From Candidatus Cloacimonadota bacterium (GTDB lineage Bacteria > Cloacimonadota > Cloacimonadia > Cloacimonadales > TCS61), in NCBI GenBank assembly GCA_021734245.1, contig JAIPJH010000006.1:5194-69193 (forward strand): DNA of 64,000 nt. The letters run 5' to 3'. This document shows, one piece after another, positions 9,022 through 18,360 of this stretch (positions are counted from its first letter, which is position 1; the number at the start of each line of letters is the position of its first letter). A program made the translations under genes and the position numbers. The notes beneath the pieces were generated by a model. That model did no database searches and was not told where the DNA came from. It was given only the letters and a program-made list of their open reading frames with translations.

Positions 9022-12000
9022 ATGAAATTTATTTTAACTTTTTTTGTTGTATTTTTTATATTTGCAGGATTATGTGCGCAAACTTATGTTCCAGATGCAA
9101 ATTTTAGAGAGGCAATAAATGATGAACTTGGGCAACCAGTTGGTTACGATCCAACAATTGCAGACTTGAACAGCTTAACAGGCCTATTAGATGTTGGTGA
9201 TGAAGGAATTTTATCTATTGAAGGTGCACAATATCTTACTGGGATTGACAGACTTTATATTGATGATAATCAGATATCCAATTTATCACCAGTTGCTGGG
9301 CTAACGAACTTGGAAAGACTTTTTGCTGATGGAAACCAGATCGTTGATATCTCTCCTGTAGCAAACCTAACCGCTCTCGTTCAACTAAAACTTGATGGAA
9401 ATCTTATAGTAGATATCTCCGCTGTTTCTGGTTTAACTGATCTTTATTATCTCGATCTTGGTGAAAATCAAATCGAAGATATATCACCTCTATCCACATT
9501 AACTACCACTTCCTGGATATATCTGGATAACAATCAGATCTCTTCTATTTCAGCTTTGGAAGGATTAGTAGAATTAGATAGACTGTATTTACATAATAAT
9601 AAGATTACTGAAATCTATCATTTAGTTCAGAATGCTGGTTTGGAATCGGGAGATTTGATCTATCTGGAAAGAAATGGAGTTAGTAATCCACTGTCTGTAG
9701 AAGCACTTGCTGTTCATGTTCCAGCATTGGAAGCAAGAGGTGTTGATGTTCATTATCCAGCTTCACCAAATTTAGAAGCAGCCTGCTATCCAGATCCAGA
9801 GAGAGAAGATAATACGGTTTCTCCTGCAAATGTATATTTTACATGGCAGGGATCTGATAATCCTGCCGATGTAACATATAAAATTTGGGCTGGTATATCA
9901 ATTGCTTCAATGAATTATTATGGTGACGGAGTTCATGGAAGCGGTACAGAATGGACATCTAATGGAGTAGTTTACTTATCTTCTAATATGGATATGTATT
10001 GGCAGATTGAAACTGTAACCACTACTGGAAGTTTATGGAGTGAGATCTGGCATTTCAGTACACCTGATGCAAATGCTGTTTTTGCTGATTTCAGCGCTGA
10101 TCAAACTACTGTAACAAATGCAACCCCTATTACATTTACTGATGAATCTTATGGATCAATAACAACTTGGTCCTGGGATTTTGATAATGATGGTACAATT
10201 GATTCCACTGATGAAAATCCAATATATACTTATACCACCAGCGGAACATATACAGTAAGTTTAACAGTGGGAAATGGAATTGATACAGATACCGAAACCA
10301 AGGTTGATTATATCACAGTTGATTTTGTCACTCCAGAATTTACTGATTTAGGTTTGCTCCAATCAAATGATCAATCAACTTGGACACCGGTTAACGGTTC
10401 AATGTATGATTATTCTATGCTTTTAGATCCTACAGAACAATATTATTTTTTAGATATGACAGCGGCTTCTGCCACAAATACACCTTTGCAGGTAGGTTTA
10501 CATCCTTTCTATTTTGATGGTGTTCCTGCTGGCTTCTTCGATTACTGGGCTGCAAAGAACGTTTTTGATGGGTGTGTTCCAGTAGATCCAAATCTTCCAT
10601 GGGAACCAATAATGTATCAGATTATATCCTCTAACTTACCTGTTTTCTATATCAGTTATGCTGCTGATGGTTCCTGGCAACTGGTCGATGGTCTGCTTTA
10701 TGAGTTAGACGGTACTCAGGATGATTTCAGAGTTAACGGAGATTATTTGATCGGCGATTATACAATTACTGGAAATGTAACTGGTGCTAACGGCATCCAA
10801 TCCGAGGATATTAGTGTTGATATAGAATTCTATACATTTGAACCAGATTTTGAAGCAGATCAAACATCAGTTATTCCTGGTACAACTGTACAATTTACCG
10901 ATCTTTCCAATGAAACTCCTACAGCCTGGAGTTGGGATTTGGATGGAGATGGAATAGAGGATTCTGATTTGCAAAATCCTACCTTTACGTACAATACTGT
11001 AGGAACATATGATGTCACTTTAACAGTAGAATGGGGAGCTTATGATGATACAGAAACCAAAACAGAATATATTGTTGTGGCAGATTTAGTTGTTCCCGAT
11101 GAAAACTTCCGAGAAGCATTAAATGATATTCTGGGAGAACCATCAGGATATTATCCTACAATTGCAGATTTAAATGGAATTACTGGAACTGTTGATGTAT
11201 CTGATGAAGAGATTATTTCAATAGAAGGTGCTCAATATTTAACTGGCATAGATAGATTATATATTGATGATAATCAAATTGTTGATCTTTCACCAATTGC
11301 TGGTTTAACAAATCTGGAAAGATTATTTGCTGATGGAAATGAAATCATTGATATTTCTGCGGTTGCAAATCTTACAGCTCTGGATCAATTGAAACTTGAT
11401 GGAAATGAAATCGTAGATATCTCTGCTGTTTCCGGTCTAACTAACCTTTACTACATTGATCTTGGTGAAAACCTGATAGTTGATATCTCTCCACTTTCTA
11501 CTTTTACCACAACTTCCTGGATTTATCTGGATAATAACTTTATCAATGAAATTTCTGCTCTCTCTGGTCTTTTAGAATTGGACAGGTTGTATATCTATGG
11601 AAATGAGATCACAGATATTTATCCATTAACTTTGAATACCGGATTTGGCGATGATGACGTTCTTTACTTAGAACGTTATGGTTATGGTAATCCTATATCT
11701 CATGAATCTATGAATGTATATATCCCAATTTTAGAAACTCTTGGATTCAGTACTCTTCAATATCCATCTGCTGCTAATCTGGAAGCTGCCTGTTACCCAG
11801 TTCCAAACAGAGATGCAACTGGTGTTTCTTTGAGTGCCGATCTCCAGTGGCAGGGAAATTTCCCGACAGATAATGCAACCTACAAAGTCTGGTTTGGAGA
11901 AGCAGCTGATAATCTGTCTTACGTTGGTGATGCAATTTCACTTGGTGGAAATATGTATTCATTCACTCCAACTTTAGCTTTGAACGGTGAATACTGGTGG

Positions 12001-15000
12001 AGAATAGAATGTGTTGGTGCTACAGAAACTGTATGGAGCGGATTGTGGCATTTTGAACTTCAGACAATTCAACTACCTGAATTTACAGATATGGCTTTAA
12101 ATAAAGCTTTTGATCCTGTGAATGGTCCTTGGACAGCTGTATCAAGCACATCAATGTATGATTACAGTATGACTTTAGATCCGAATGATCCATTTGTTGT
12201 TGCTGATTATTATTTCCTCGATATTGATAATACTGTTGCAGCAACTAATATGACCATAGACAGTGGACAACATCCTTTCTATTTAGACGTAACTTCAGTT
12301 CCGGATGACTTCTACACTTACTGGGCTGCTAATAATGTAACTGAAACTTATGCCACAAACAATCCAGGAACATGGCAAGCTTTAATGTGGCCTATTATTA
12401 ATGGCACTGAACCTATGTTCCTTATTGATTATAATAATATTGTACCAAATGGTTATTTTCTGCTTGATGGTTTACAATGGGCTCAGGGAAATGTTTCGAA
12501 TTTCATTATTAACAGCGATTATCCTGCTGGTGATTATGTAGTATCTGGAAATATTGAATCGGGTACTTTAGTTTCAAATGATATCGAGTTTGATTTGAGC
12601 TTATCACGAGACATTCCTGAATTTACAGATCTGGCATTAATCCAAGCTTTCGATCCTGTAAATGGTCCTTGGACAGCTGTTCCAAGCACATCTAATTACG
12701 ATTATAGTATGATCCTTGATCCGAATGATCCATTTGTTATAGAAGATTATTATTTCTTAAATATTGATAATGCTGTTGCTACAACAAATATTGAACTTCA
12801 AGCAGGACAACACCCTTTCTACTTAGACGTAACTTCAGTTCCGGATGACTTCTACACTTACTGGGCTGCTAAAGGCGTTGATGGAACAGTTTACACAGCT
12901 CCAGAAGATCTATGGAAAAACTTTATGTGGCCTATTATTAATGGCACTGAACCTATGTTCCTAATAGATTTCAATAATATTGTGACTAATGGTTATTTCC
13001 TGCTTGATGGTTTACAGTGGGCAATTGGTGATGTTTCAAATTTCATTATTAACAGTGATTACCCTCTTGGTGATTATGTTGTGACTGGAACTGTTTTGGG
13101 AGCGAACCTTGAACCATCTGAGGATATCTCTTTTAACATGAATTTCCATGGCATTTCAGCCGATTTCGAAGCAGATGCTACAAGTGTTACAAATGGTACA
13201 GAAATTCAATTTACAGACCTTTCTACTGGCAATCCGACAACTTGGGAATGGGATTTTGATAATGATGGTATAATTGATTCCACTGATGAAAATCCTGCTT
13301 ATACTTATCCTGGTGGAGGAACTTACACGGTTTCTCTTACAGTAAGTAATGGAACGGATACTGATACCGAAACCAAAACAGATTACATAACTGTAGCGGG
13401 AACTCATTTCGTAAAATGCTGGAGTGGTAATGGTTATCAAAACATGACTTTCCACATCTATGATGCAGCTATGAACGGTGAAGATCTGGATGTTGGTGAT
13501 GAAATTGGTATTTTTGATGGAAACCTTTGTGTTGGATCTTTAATCTATAATGGAGACCTTCCATTCCAAATGATTGCTTCTCAAGATGATCCTGATACAC
13601 CAGAAAGTGATGGTTTCAGCGAAGGGCATGATATTACATTCAAACTTTGGAATGAAAGTTCATCAACAGAATACTTAGTTCCAGAAGAACCTTCTTATTT
13701 AACAGGAGATGTTACGTTTACGCAATATGGAACAGCATTTACTAAACTATTCGGCTATGATGTTAATGCTCTAGCGCAAGACATTCCTTTATATAATAGT
13801 TGGAATTTAGTTTCTACTTATGTTCAACCATACGATCTTGATATGGCAGCTATTTTTGATCATCTTATTTACACTGATGCTCTTGTAAAAGTACAAGACG
13901 AAAGTGGAAATGCATTGTTTGAAATTCCAGGAGACGATTGGTATAATGGAATTGGTGATCTTACTTATACAGAAGGTTATTACACTAAGGTCAATGCCGA
14001 TAATGATCTTTACATTTTCGGAGACGATTTTGTAACTCTGCCAATTGATATTCAACTTTCTGCAGGCTGGAATATTATTAGTTATCCATGTAATACCTCT
14101 CAAGCAGCTTTACCTGTAATTCAACCTCTCATCGATCTGGGAGTTTTGGAAAAAGTTCAAAACGAAATGGGTTTAGCAATTTGGTTTGATGGAACAAACT
14201 GGCTAAATCAAATAAATACTTTCTACCCGGGTGATGGTTATTTCATCAAAGTGAATGCTGACTGTACATTGACGATTGATGTACCTACTGATGTTGTTGC
14301 AAGATACAAAAATGCACAACATTCGAATGAACCTTTAAATAGAGAAACATATCACTTCCAACCAGAATGGCAGAATAATCCCTTCCTGCCGATGAACTTC
14401 TACATTAATGATCTGGAAGTAGCTGGAGTAACTCTGGAAGCAAATGATGAACTGGCAGTATTTGATGGTGATCTTTGCGCAGGAACTGCTCAGGTTGGAG
14501 AAAATGATATGATCTCATTGATCGCTGCAACCGATGATGTAACTACCACAGAAATCGACGGATTCACAAACGGTAATGACTTCACATTTAGATTCTGGGA
14601 CAGCAGCACGGATACTGAATATTCTGATTTCCAATATACAAACCTAAGTGGAAATGCAACTTTCTTGTCACAAGGCACAACTCAGTCATCAATTGAATTC
14701 CTACCGACAAGTGGAGGGGCAAATCTGGTTCCTGTTACTACAGAAATGTTCCAGAACTATCCAAATCCATTCAATCCTGAAACTACGATCAGTTTTGGTA
14801 TCAACGATGCTGCTCATGTAACTCTGGAAGTTTATAACATCAAAGGTGAAAAGGTTACCACTCTTATCGATGGTAATCTGGAAGCTGATTATTATAATGT
14901 AGTTTGGGATGGAACTGATAGCAACAATAAGAGAGTTTCAACTGGTGTTTACTTCTACAAAATGAAAGCAGACAAGTTCGTTCAAACCAAGAAGATGATC

Positions 15001-15012
15001 CTGATGAAATAG
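9022..15012 (+). CDS. Giant secreted surface protein (1996 aa): two internalin-type LRR modules, three PKD domains, three copies of an unassigned 180-aa domain, two copies of a second unassigned domain, and a T9SS-type C-terminal sorting domain
   Basis: The ATG at 9022 lies 4 nt after AGGAGG, followed by signal peptide MKFILTFFVVFFIFAGLCAQ. There are 22-residue LRRs (LTNLERLFADGNQIVDISPV...), PKD motifs (WSWDFDNDGTIDSTDENPIYTY...YTVSLTV), and a C-terminus NYPNPFNPETTISF...GVYFYKMKA. Confidence 0.85.
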   Translation: MKFILTFFVVFFIFAGLCAQTYVPDANFREAINDELGQPVGYDPTIADLNSLTGLLDVGDEGILSIEGAQYLTGIDRLYIDDNQISNLSPVAGLTNLERLFADGNQIVDISPVANLTALVQLKLDGNLIVDISAVSGLTDLYYLDLGENQIEDISPLSTLTTTSWIYLDNNQISSISALEGLVELDRLYLHNNKITEIYHLVQNAGLESGDLIYLERNGVSNPLSVEALAVHVPALEARGVDVHYPASPNLEAACYPDPEREDNTVSPANVYFTWQGSDNPADVTYKIWAGISIASMNYYGDGVHGSGTEWTSNGVVYLSSNMDMYWQIETVTTTGSLWSEIWHFSTPDANAVFADFSADQTTVTNATPITFTDESYGSITTWSWDFDNDGTIDSTDENPIYTYTTSGTYTVSLTVGNGIDTDTETKVDYITVDFVTPEFTDLGLLQSNDQSTWTPVNGSMYDYSMLLDPTEQYYFLDMTAASATNTPLQVGLHPFYFDGVPAGFFDYWAAKNVFDGCVPVDPNLPWEPIMYQIISSNLPVFYISYAADGSWQLVDGLLYELDGTQDDFRVNGDYLIGDYTITGNVTGANGIQSEDISVDIEFYTFEPDFEADQTSVIPGTTVQFTDLSNETPTAWSWDLDGDGIEDSDLQNPTFTYNTVGTYDVTLTVEWGAYDDTETKTEYIVVADLVVPDENFREALNDILGEPSGYYPTIADLNGITGTVDVSDEEIISIEGAQYLTGIDRLYIDDNQIVDLSPIAGLTNLERLFADGNEIIDISAVANLTALDQLKLDGNEIVDISAVSGLTNLYYIDLGENLIVDISPLSTFTTTSWIYLDNNFINEISALSGLLELDRLYIYGNEITDIYPLTLNTGFGDDDVLYLERYGYGNPISHESMNVYIPILETLGFSTLQYPSAANLEAACYPVPNRDATGVSLSADLQWQGNFPTDNATYKVWFGEAADNLSYVGDAISLGGNMYSFTPTLALNGEYWWRIECVGATETVWSGLWHFELQTIQLPEFTDMALNKAFDPVNGPWTAVSSTSMYDYSMTLDPNDPFVVADYYFLDIDNTVAATNMTIDSGQHPFYLDVTSVPDDFYTYWAANNVTETYATNNPGTWQALMWPIINGTEPMFLIDYNNIVPNGYFLLDGLQWAQGNVSNFIINSDYPAGDYVVSGNIESGTLVSNDIEFDLSLSRDIPEFTDLALIQAFDPVNGPWTAVPSTSNYDYSMILDPNDPFVIEDYYFLNIDNAVATTNIELQAGQHPFYLDVTSVPDDFYTYWAAKGVDGTVYTAPEDLWKNFMWPIINGTEPMFLIDFNNIVTNGYFLLDGLQWAIGDVSNFIINSDYPLGDYVVTGTVLGANLEPSEDISFNMNFHGISADFEADATSVTNGTEIQFTDLSTGNPTTWEWDFDNDGIIDSTDENPAYTYPGGGTYTVSLTVSNGTDTDTETKTDYITVAGTHFVKCWSGNGYQNMTFHIYDAAMNGEDLDVGDEIGIFDGNLCVGSLIYNGDLPFQMIASQDDPDTPESDGFSEGHDITFKLWNESSSTEYLVPEEPSYLTGDVTFTQYGTAFTKLFGYDVNALAQDIPLYNSWNLVSTYVQPYDLDMAAIFDHLIYTDALVKVQDESGNALFEIPGDDWYNGIGDLTYTEGYYTKVNADNDLYIFGDDFVTLPIDIQLSAGWNIISYPCNTSQAALPVIQPLIDLGVLEKVQNEMGLAIWFDGTNWLNQINTFYPGDGYFIKVNADCTLTIDVPTDVVARYKNAQHSNEPLNRETYHFQPEWQNNPFLPMNFYINDLEVAGVTLEANDELAVFDGDLCAGTAQVGENDMISLIAATDDVTTTEIDGFTNGNDFTFRFWDSSTDTEYSDFQYTNLSGNATFLSQGTTQSSIEFLPTSGGANLVPVTTEMFQNYPNPFNPETTISFGINDAAHVTLEVYNIKGEKVTTLIDGNLEADYYNVVWDGTDSNNKRVSTGVYFYKMKADKFVQTKKMILMK
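12076..13155 (+). repeat. In-frame 540-bp tandem duplication (two units) inside the giant gene
   Basis: The units start at 12076 and 12616 (cctgaatttacagat...). Long identical stretches include cttcagttccggatgacttctacacttactgggctgct and tgtggcctattattaatggcactgaacctatgttcct. Confidence 0.85.
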
Positions 15013-15234
15013 TCCTTCGGAATTTCACGGGACAGGTCCTGATGAAATAGAAATTAGACTTTATATTTCAGATTACGCTCCGGCTTAGGTCGGAGCGTTT
15101 TTATTTTCATTACTTCCCGAAAATTGTTTTCGGGAGAACTTGTTCTAGCAGACAAGTTCGTTCAAACCAAGAAGATGATCCTGATGAAATAGTCCTTCGG
15201 AATTTCACGGGACAGGTCCTGATGAAATAGAAAT
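14967..15234 (+). repeat. Partial tandem duplication: the 88-bp segment 14967-15054 is repeated perfectly at 15147-15234 (period 180 bp)
   Basis: agcagacaagttcgttcaaaccaagaagatgatcctgatgaaatagtccttcggaatttcacgggacaggtcctgatgaaatagaaat occurs twice. Copy 1 contains the last 15 codons and the stop of the giant gene. Confidence 0.9.
15075..15107 (+). terminator. Intrinsic terminator of the giant gene
   Basis: An 8-bp stem, acgctccg gcttaggt cggagcgt, followed by ttttatttt. Confidence 0.75.
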
Positions 15235-15239
15235 GTAAA

Positions 15240-15273
15240 AACCTTGCGGATGGTTTTGACCTCCGCAATGGTT
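15240..15273. repeat. Imperfect palindrome, family E, second copy
   Basis: aaccttgcggatggttttgacctccgcaatggtt, matching 4722-4756. Confidence 0.75.
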
Positions 15274-15486
15274 TATTTTGTTCAACCATTCGTAAGGTCT
15301 CGTAAAACTCGACCATTAAGAAGGTTGAAGTAGACATCTGAAATCGAGAATTATATTTTCAACATTCCGATGATCCCGAAGGCTTTCGGGAACAATCGGA
15401 AGTTTTGTCGGATTCGACTTCAGAAGAGCTTTCGCGAGACTGGAGTTGAGAATGAATTATATAAGTTCACAAACAGAATGTTTGCG

Positions 15487-17049
15487 CTACTTTACAAAAT
15501 GACAGCCAATCGATTGATCATTGTGAGTTGCTGCATTTACGATGATCGAAGCATTAACTATTGCATTGCGCAATTCGATGATATTTTTATTCAAACGAGC
15601 GCTTTTGTAAAACTTGAAAATCCGGTGTGAATAATAATTCAGATCGGCGCTGGCACGTTCCAAACCTTTTCTGGTGCGAATGATTCCGGCATAATTCCAC
15701 ATCGTCATCTGGATCGCCTTCCAATCCTGAACGATTAAAAGTGGATCAAATACCTCGACATTTTGAGGTGGTTTCCAATCAGGAATTACTTCCAGTCTTT
15801 GAATTGAAATATTTTCATAATTCTGAGCAATATCGTCTGCAGCTAATTTTCCCCAGAGCAAGCCTTCCAATAATGAAGATGAAGCCAATCGATTTGCTCC
15901 ATGCAATCCTGTACAACTTACTTCACCGATAGCATAAAGATTTTCCAGAGAACTTTTCCCATTCAAATCAACTTTGATGCCGCCGCAGGAATAATGCGCC
16001 GCCGGAACGATCGGAATGGGTTGTTTCGTAATATTGATCTCGCCTTTGAGACAGGTGTGATAGATTTTGGAAAACCTTTCTGCCAGCGGTATTTCGCCAT
16101 TATAAAAAGAAGCAATATCCAAGAGGACATATTCGCTGCCGGTTTTTGCCATCTGATTGTAGATAGCTCTGGCAACAACATCACGCGGAGCCAGATCTGC
16201 CATTTCGGAATAATCCTGCATGAAATAATGACCATTTGTATCCATCAACCTGGCACCTTCACCACGCAGAGATTCAGAAATCAGAAAACGTTTTATATCG
16301 CGATGATAAAGCGCAGTCGGATGGAATTGAATGAATTCTGCATTGATAATATCAGCTCCGGCACGATATGCCATGCTCATTCCATCTCCGGTTGCTGCAG
16401 AGGGATTGGTTGTATGCTGATAGAGATTTCCTAAACCGCCGGTAGCCAGAATAATCTTATCGGCAAAATATGTGATCACTTCTCCAGATTTGTTATCCAG
16501 AACATAGCATCCCATCACTTCCCGAGGTTTATACAGTTCCTGGTTATCATTGGAATGATGATTATTTGTGATCAAGTCAACAGCTGTATGCTGCGTTAGA
16601 ATTGGAATATTAATTTTTTCGCAGTATTCTTTCAAACTTTTCTGAATTACGTCACCAGTATGATCTTCATAGTGCAGAACTCTTCTATCGGAATGAGCTG
16701 CTTCTTCGGTATAATCCAGTTTACCTTCCGATGTTTGCGTGAAAGGTGTTTTCAGTTTATCGATAAAAAAATCAAAAACAAGTTCCGGACCTTTTTCGGC
16801 AAAAAGTTTTACAGCTGCTTTGTTGTTGTAATTACAGCCGGCTTTCATAATATCTGCTTCCAGGTTGTGGCAGGCGTCACCTTCTTTCCAGGCAATAATG
16901 CCGCCTTGAGCATAATTCGTGTTGGTTTCAAAAATATCTGCAACTTTGGTAATTACTAACACATCAAGGCCAGATTCTTTCAGATAGATTGCTGCTGTAA
17001 GACCGGCAACGCCACATCCGATTATTAGAACATCATTCTTTTTCCGCAT
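15487..17049 (-). CDS. nadB: L-aspartate oxidase
   Basis: N-terminal FAD fold DVLIIGCGVAGLTAA, motifs YAQGGI, RFLISESLRGEGA and GLHGANRLASSSLLE, 520 aa. Confidence 0.9.
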   Translation of the reverse strand: MRKKNDVLIIGCGVAGLTAAIYLKESGLDVLVITKVADIFETNTNYAQGGIIAWKEGDACHNLEADIMKAGCNYNNKAAVKLFAEKGPELVFDFFIDKLKTPFTQTSEGKLDYTEEAAHSDRRVLHYEDHTGDVIQKSLKEYCEKINIPILTQHTAVDLITNNHHSNDNQELYKPREVMGCYVLDNKSGEVITYFADKIILATGGLGNLYQHTTNPSAATGDGMSMAYRAGADIINAEFIQFHPTALYHRDIKRFLISESLRGEGARLMDTNGHYFMQDYSEMADLAPRDVVARAIYNQMAKTGSEYVLLDIASFYNGEIPLAERFSKIYHTCLKGEINITKQPIPIVPAAHYSCGGIKVDLNGKSSLENLYAIGEVSCTGLHGANRLASSSLLEGLLWGKLAADDIAQNYENISIQRLEVIPDWKPPQNVEVFDPLLIVQDWKAIQMTMWNYAGIIRTRKGLERASADLNYYSHRIFKFYKSARLNKNIIELRNAIVNASIIVNAATHNDQSIGCHFVK

Positions 17050-17306
17050 ATTTTCTACCTTAATAAAATTATTACTTTTTCTTGAAACAGAGTTTCAATT
17101 AACACTGATGTTACCAAACAGGAGTTTGGGAACAAGAATAAGTTATCATTACATTATGATCTTTTCGTTTATTATATCATCCACTATTTTTATCATTTCA
17201 AATTAAGAAAATTCTTAAATTTGACTATCCCCGTGGCAGAGCATCGAGGAATTCTTAGATTAAAACATTCTAAAGATCACGATGAATCGTGAACATTTAG
17301 AAGTTT

Positions 17307-18347
17307 TTACATTTCCACAATCTCGATCATCTTCTTCAGTGCTTTCTTCGCACCATCTTTTATAGATTTTTCTACTTGCACAATTCCTTCCAAAGCTTCA
17401 TTATTTTGGACATTACTCTGGATTGCTTTAAGTGATTTTAATAGATTTTCAGGAGTGATCTTAGCCATATTTTTACAAATAGAATTTCTTAATGGTACTA
17501 TTATTTTGCCCGAGAATTCATCGGCAATTCTCTGCACAAAGTGATATTCAGTTCCCACACCCCAAACCGATCCGGCTGGTGACTTTTTTATCTCGTTATA
17601 AATTTTTGCTGTAGAGCCAGAAATATCAGAATTTTTCACAACTTCTTCATCACATTCCGGATGCACAATGATCTTGATTTTTGCATATTTTCTGCGAAGA
17701 TTTTCGATATCGCCAACAGTAAATCTTTTGTGAACATAGCAGTAACCATCCCACAAAACAATCTTCGCATTTTTCGGATCACCTGTCAATTCATAGTCTT
17801 TGGTGATCTTTAAAATTTCATCATCCTTCAAATTCAGATCATTTGCAGTGTTGATTCCCAGATTGTAGTCTGGTGAGAAAAAGACGATTTTATCTTTTTC
17901 TACATAATGCTTAACAATTTTAGCAGCATTGGAACTGGTACAAACAGAACCGCCTTTTTCTCCACAAAAGCTCTTCACATCTGCATTGGAATTCATGTAA
18001 ACGACTGGAGCAATTTCTTTTTTAGTTCTTTCAGCAATTTTTTGGAAGGCTTTTTCTGCCTGGTTTAAATTTATCTGATCCGCCATCGGACAGCGAGCAG
18101 AAATATTGGGGATTATTACTTTTTGATCTGAACTGGAAAGAATATCTGCGGCTTCTGCCATGAAGTAAACTCCGCAGAAAATAATGAATTCCGATCGCAC
18201 TTTGCTGCAGTCAACCGCCAGTTTGTAAGAGTCTCCCAGGAAATCTGCCAGCTTCACGATTTCAGGATCCTGATAATGATGTGCAGCGATTATAGCTTTG
18301 TTACCAAGTTCGTTTTTTATGCTCTGAATTTCTTTTATAAAATTCAA
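17307..18347 (-). CDS. nadA: Quinolinate synthase
   Basis: AAHHYQ...FCGVYFMAE...RCPMA...VVYMNS...VHPEC motifs. The probable TTG start at 18347 follows AGAGG; the ORF-track start at 18404 would overlap nadC. Confidence 0.85.
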   Translation of the reverse strand: MNFIKEIQSIKNELGNKAIIAAHHYQDPEIVKLADFLGDSYKLAVDCSKVRSEFIIFCGVYFMAEAADILSSSDQKVIIPNISARCPMADQINLNQAEKAFQKIAERTKKEIAPVVYMNSNADVKSFCGEKGGSVCTSSNAAKIVKHYVEKDKIVFFSPDYNLGINTANDLNLKDDEILKITKDYELTGDPKNAKIVLWDGYCYVHKRFTVGDIENLRRKYAKIKIIVHPECDEEVVKNSDISGSTAKIYNEIKKSPAGSVWGVGTEYHFVQRIADEFSGKIIVPLRNSICKNMAKITPENLLKSLKAIQSNVQNNEALEGIVQVEKSIKDGAKKALKKMIEIVEM

Positions 18348-18360
18348 AATTATTACCTCT

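Noticed and set aside
15110-15630. ORFs 15110-15337 (minus strand) and 15370-15630 (plus strand) in the spacer after the giant gene.
   Set aside because: They are built from the duplicated 88-bp unit, the palindromic family E repeat and hairpins, or they run antisense into the nadB 3-prime end. They have no ribosome-binding site and no homology signal.
17229-17256. tggcagagcatcgagg as a sigma-54 (-24/-12) promoter.
   Set aside because: The -12 element (TTGC) is absent. The motif is part of a dispersed repeat found in both orientations relative to the genes.
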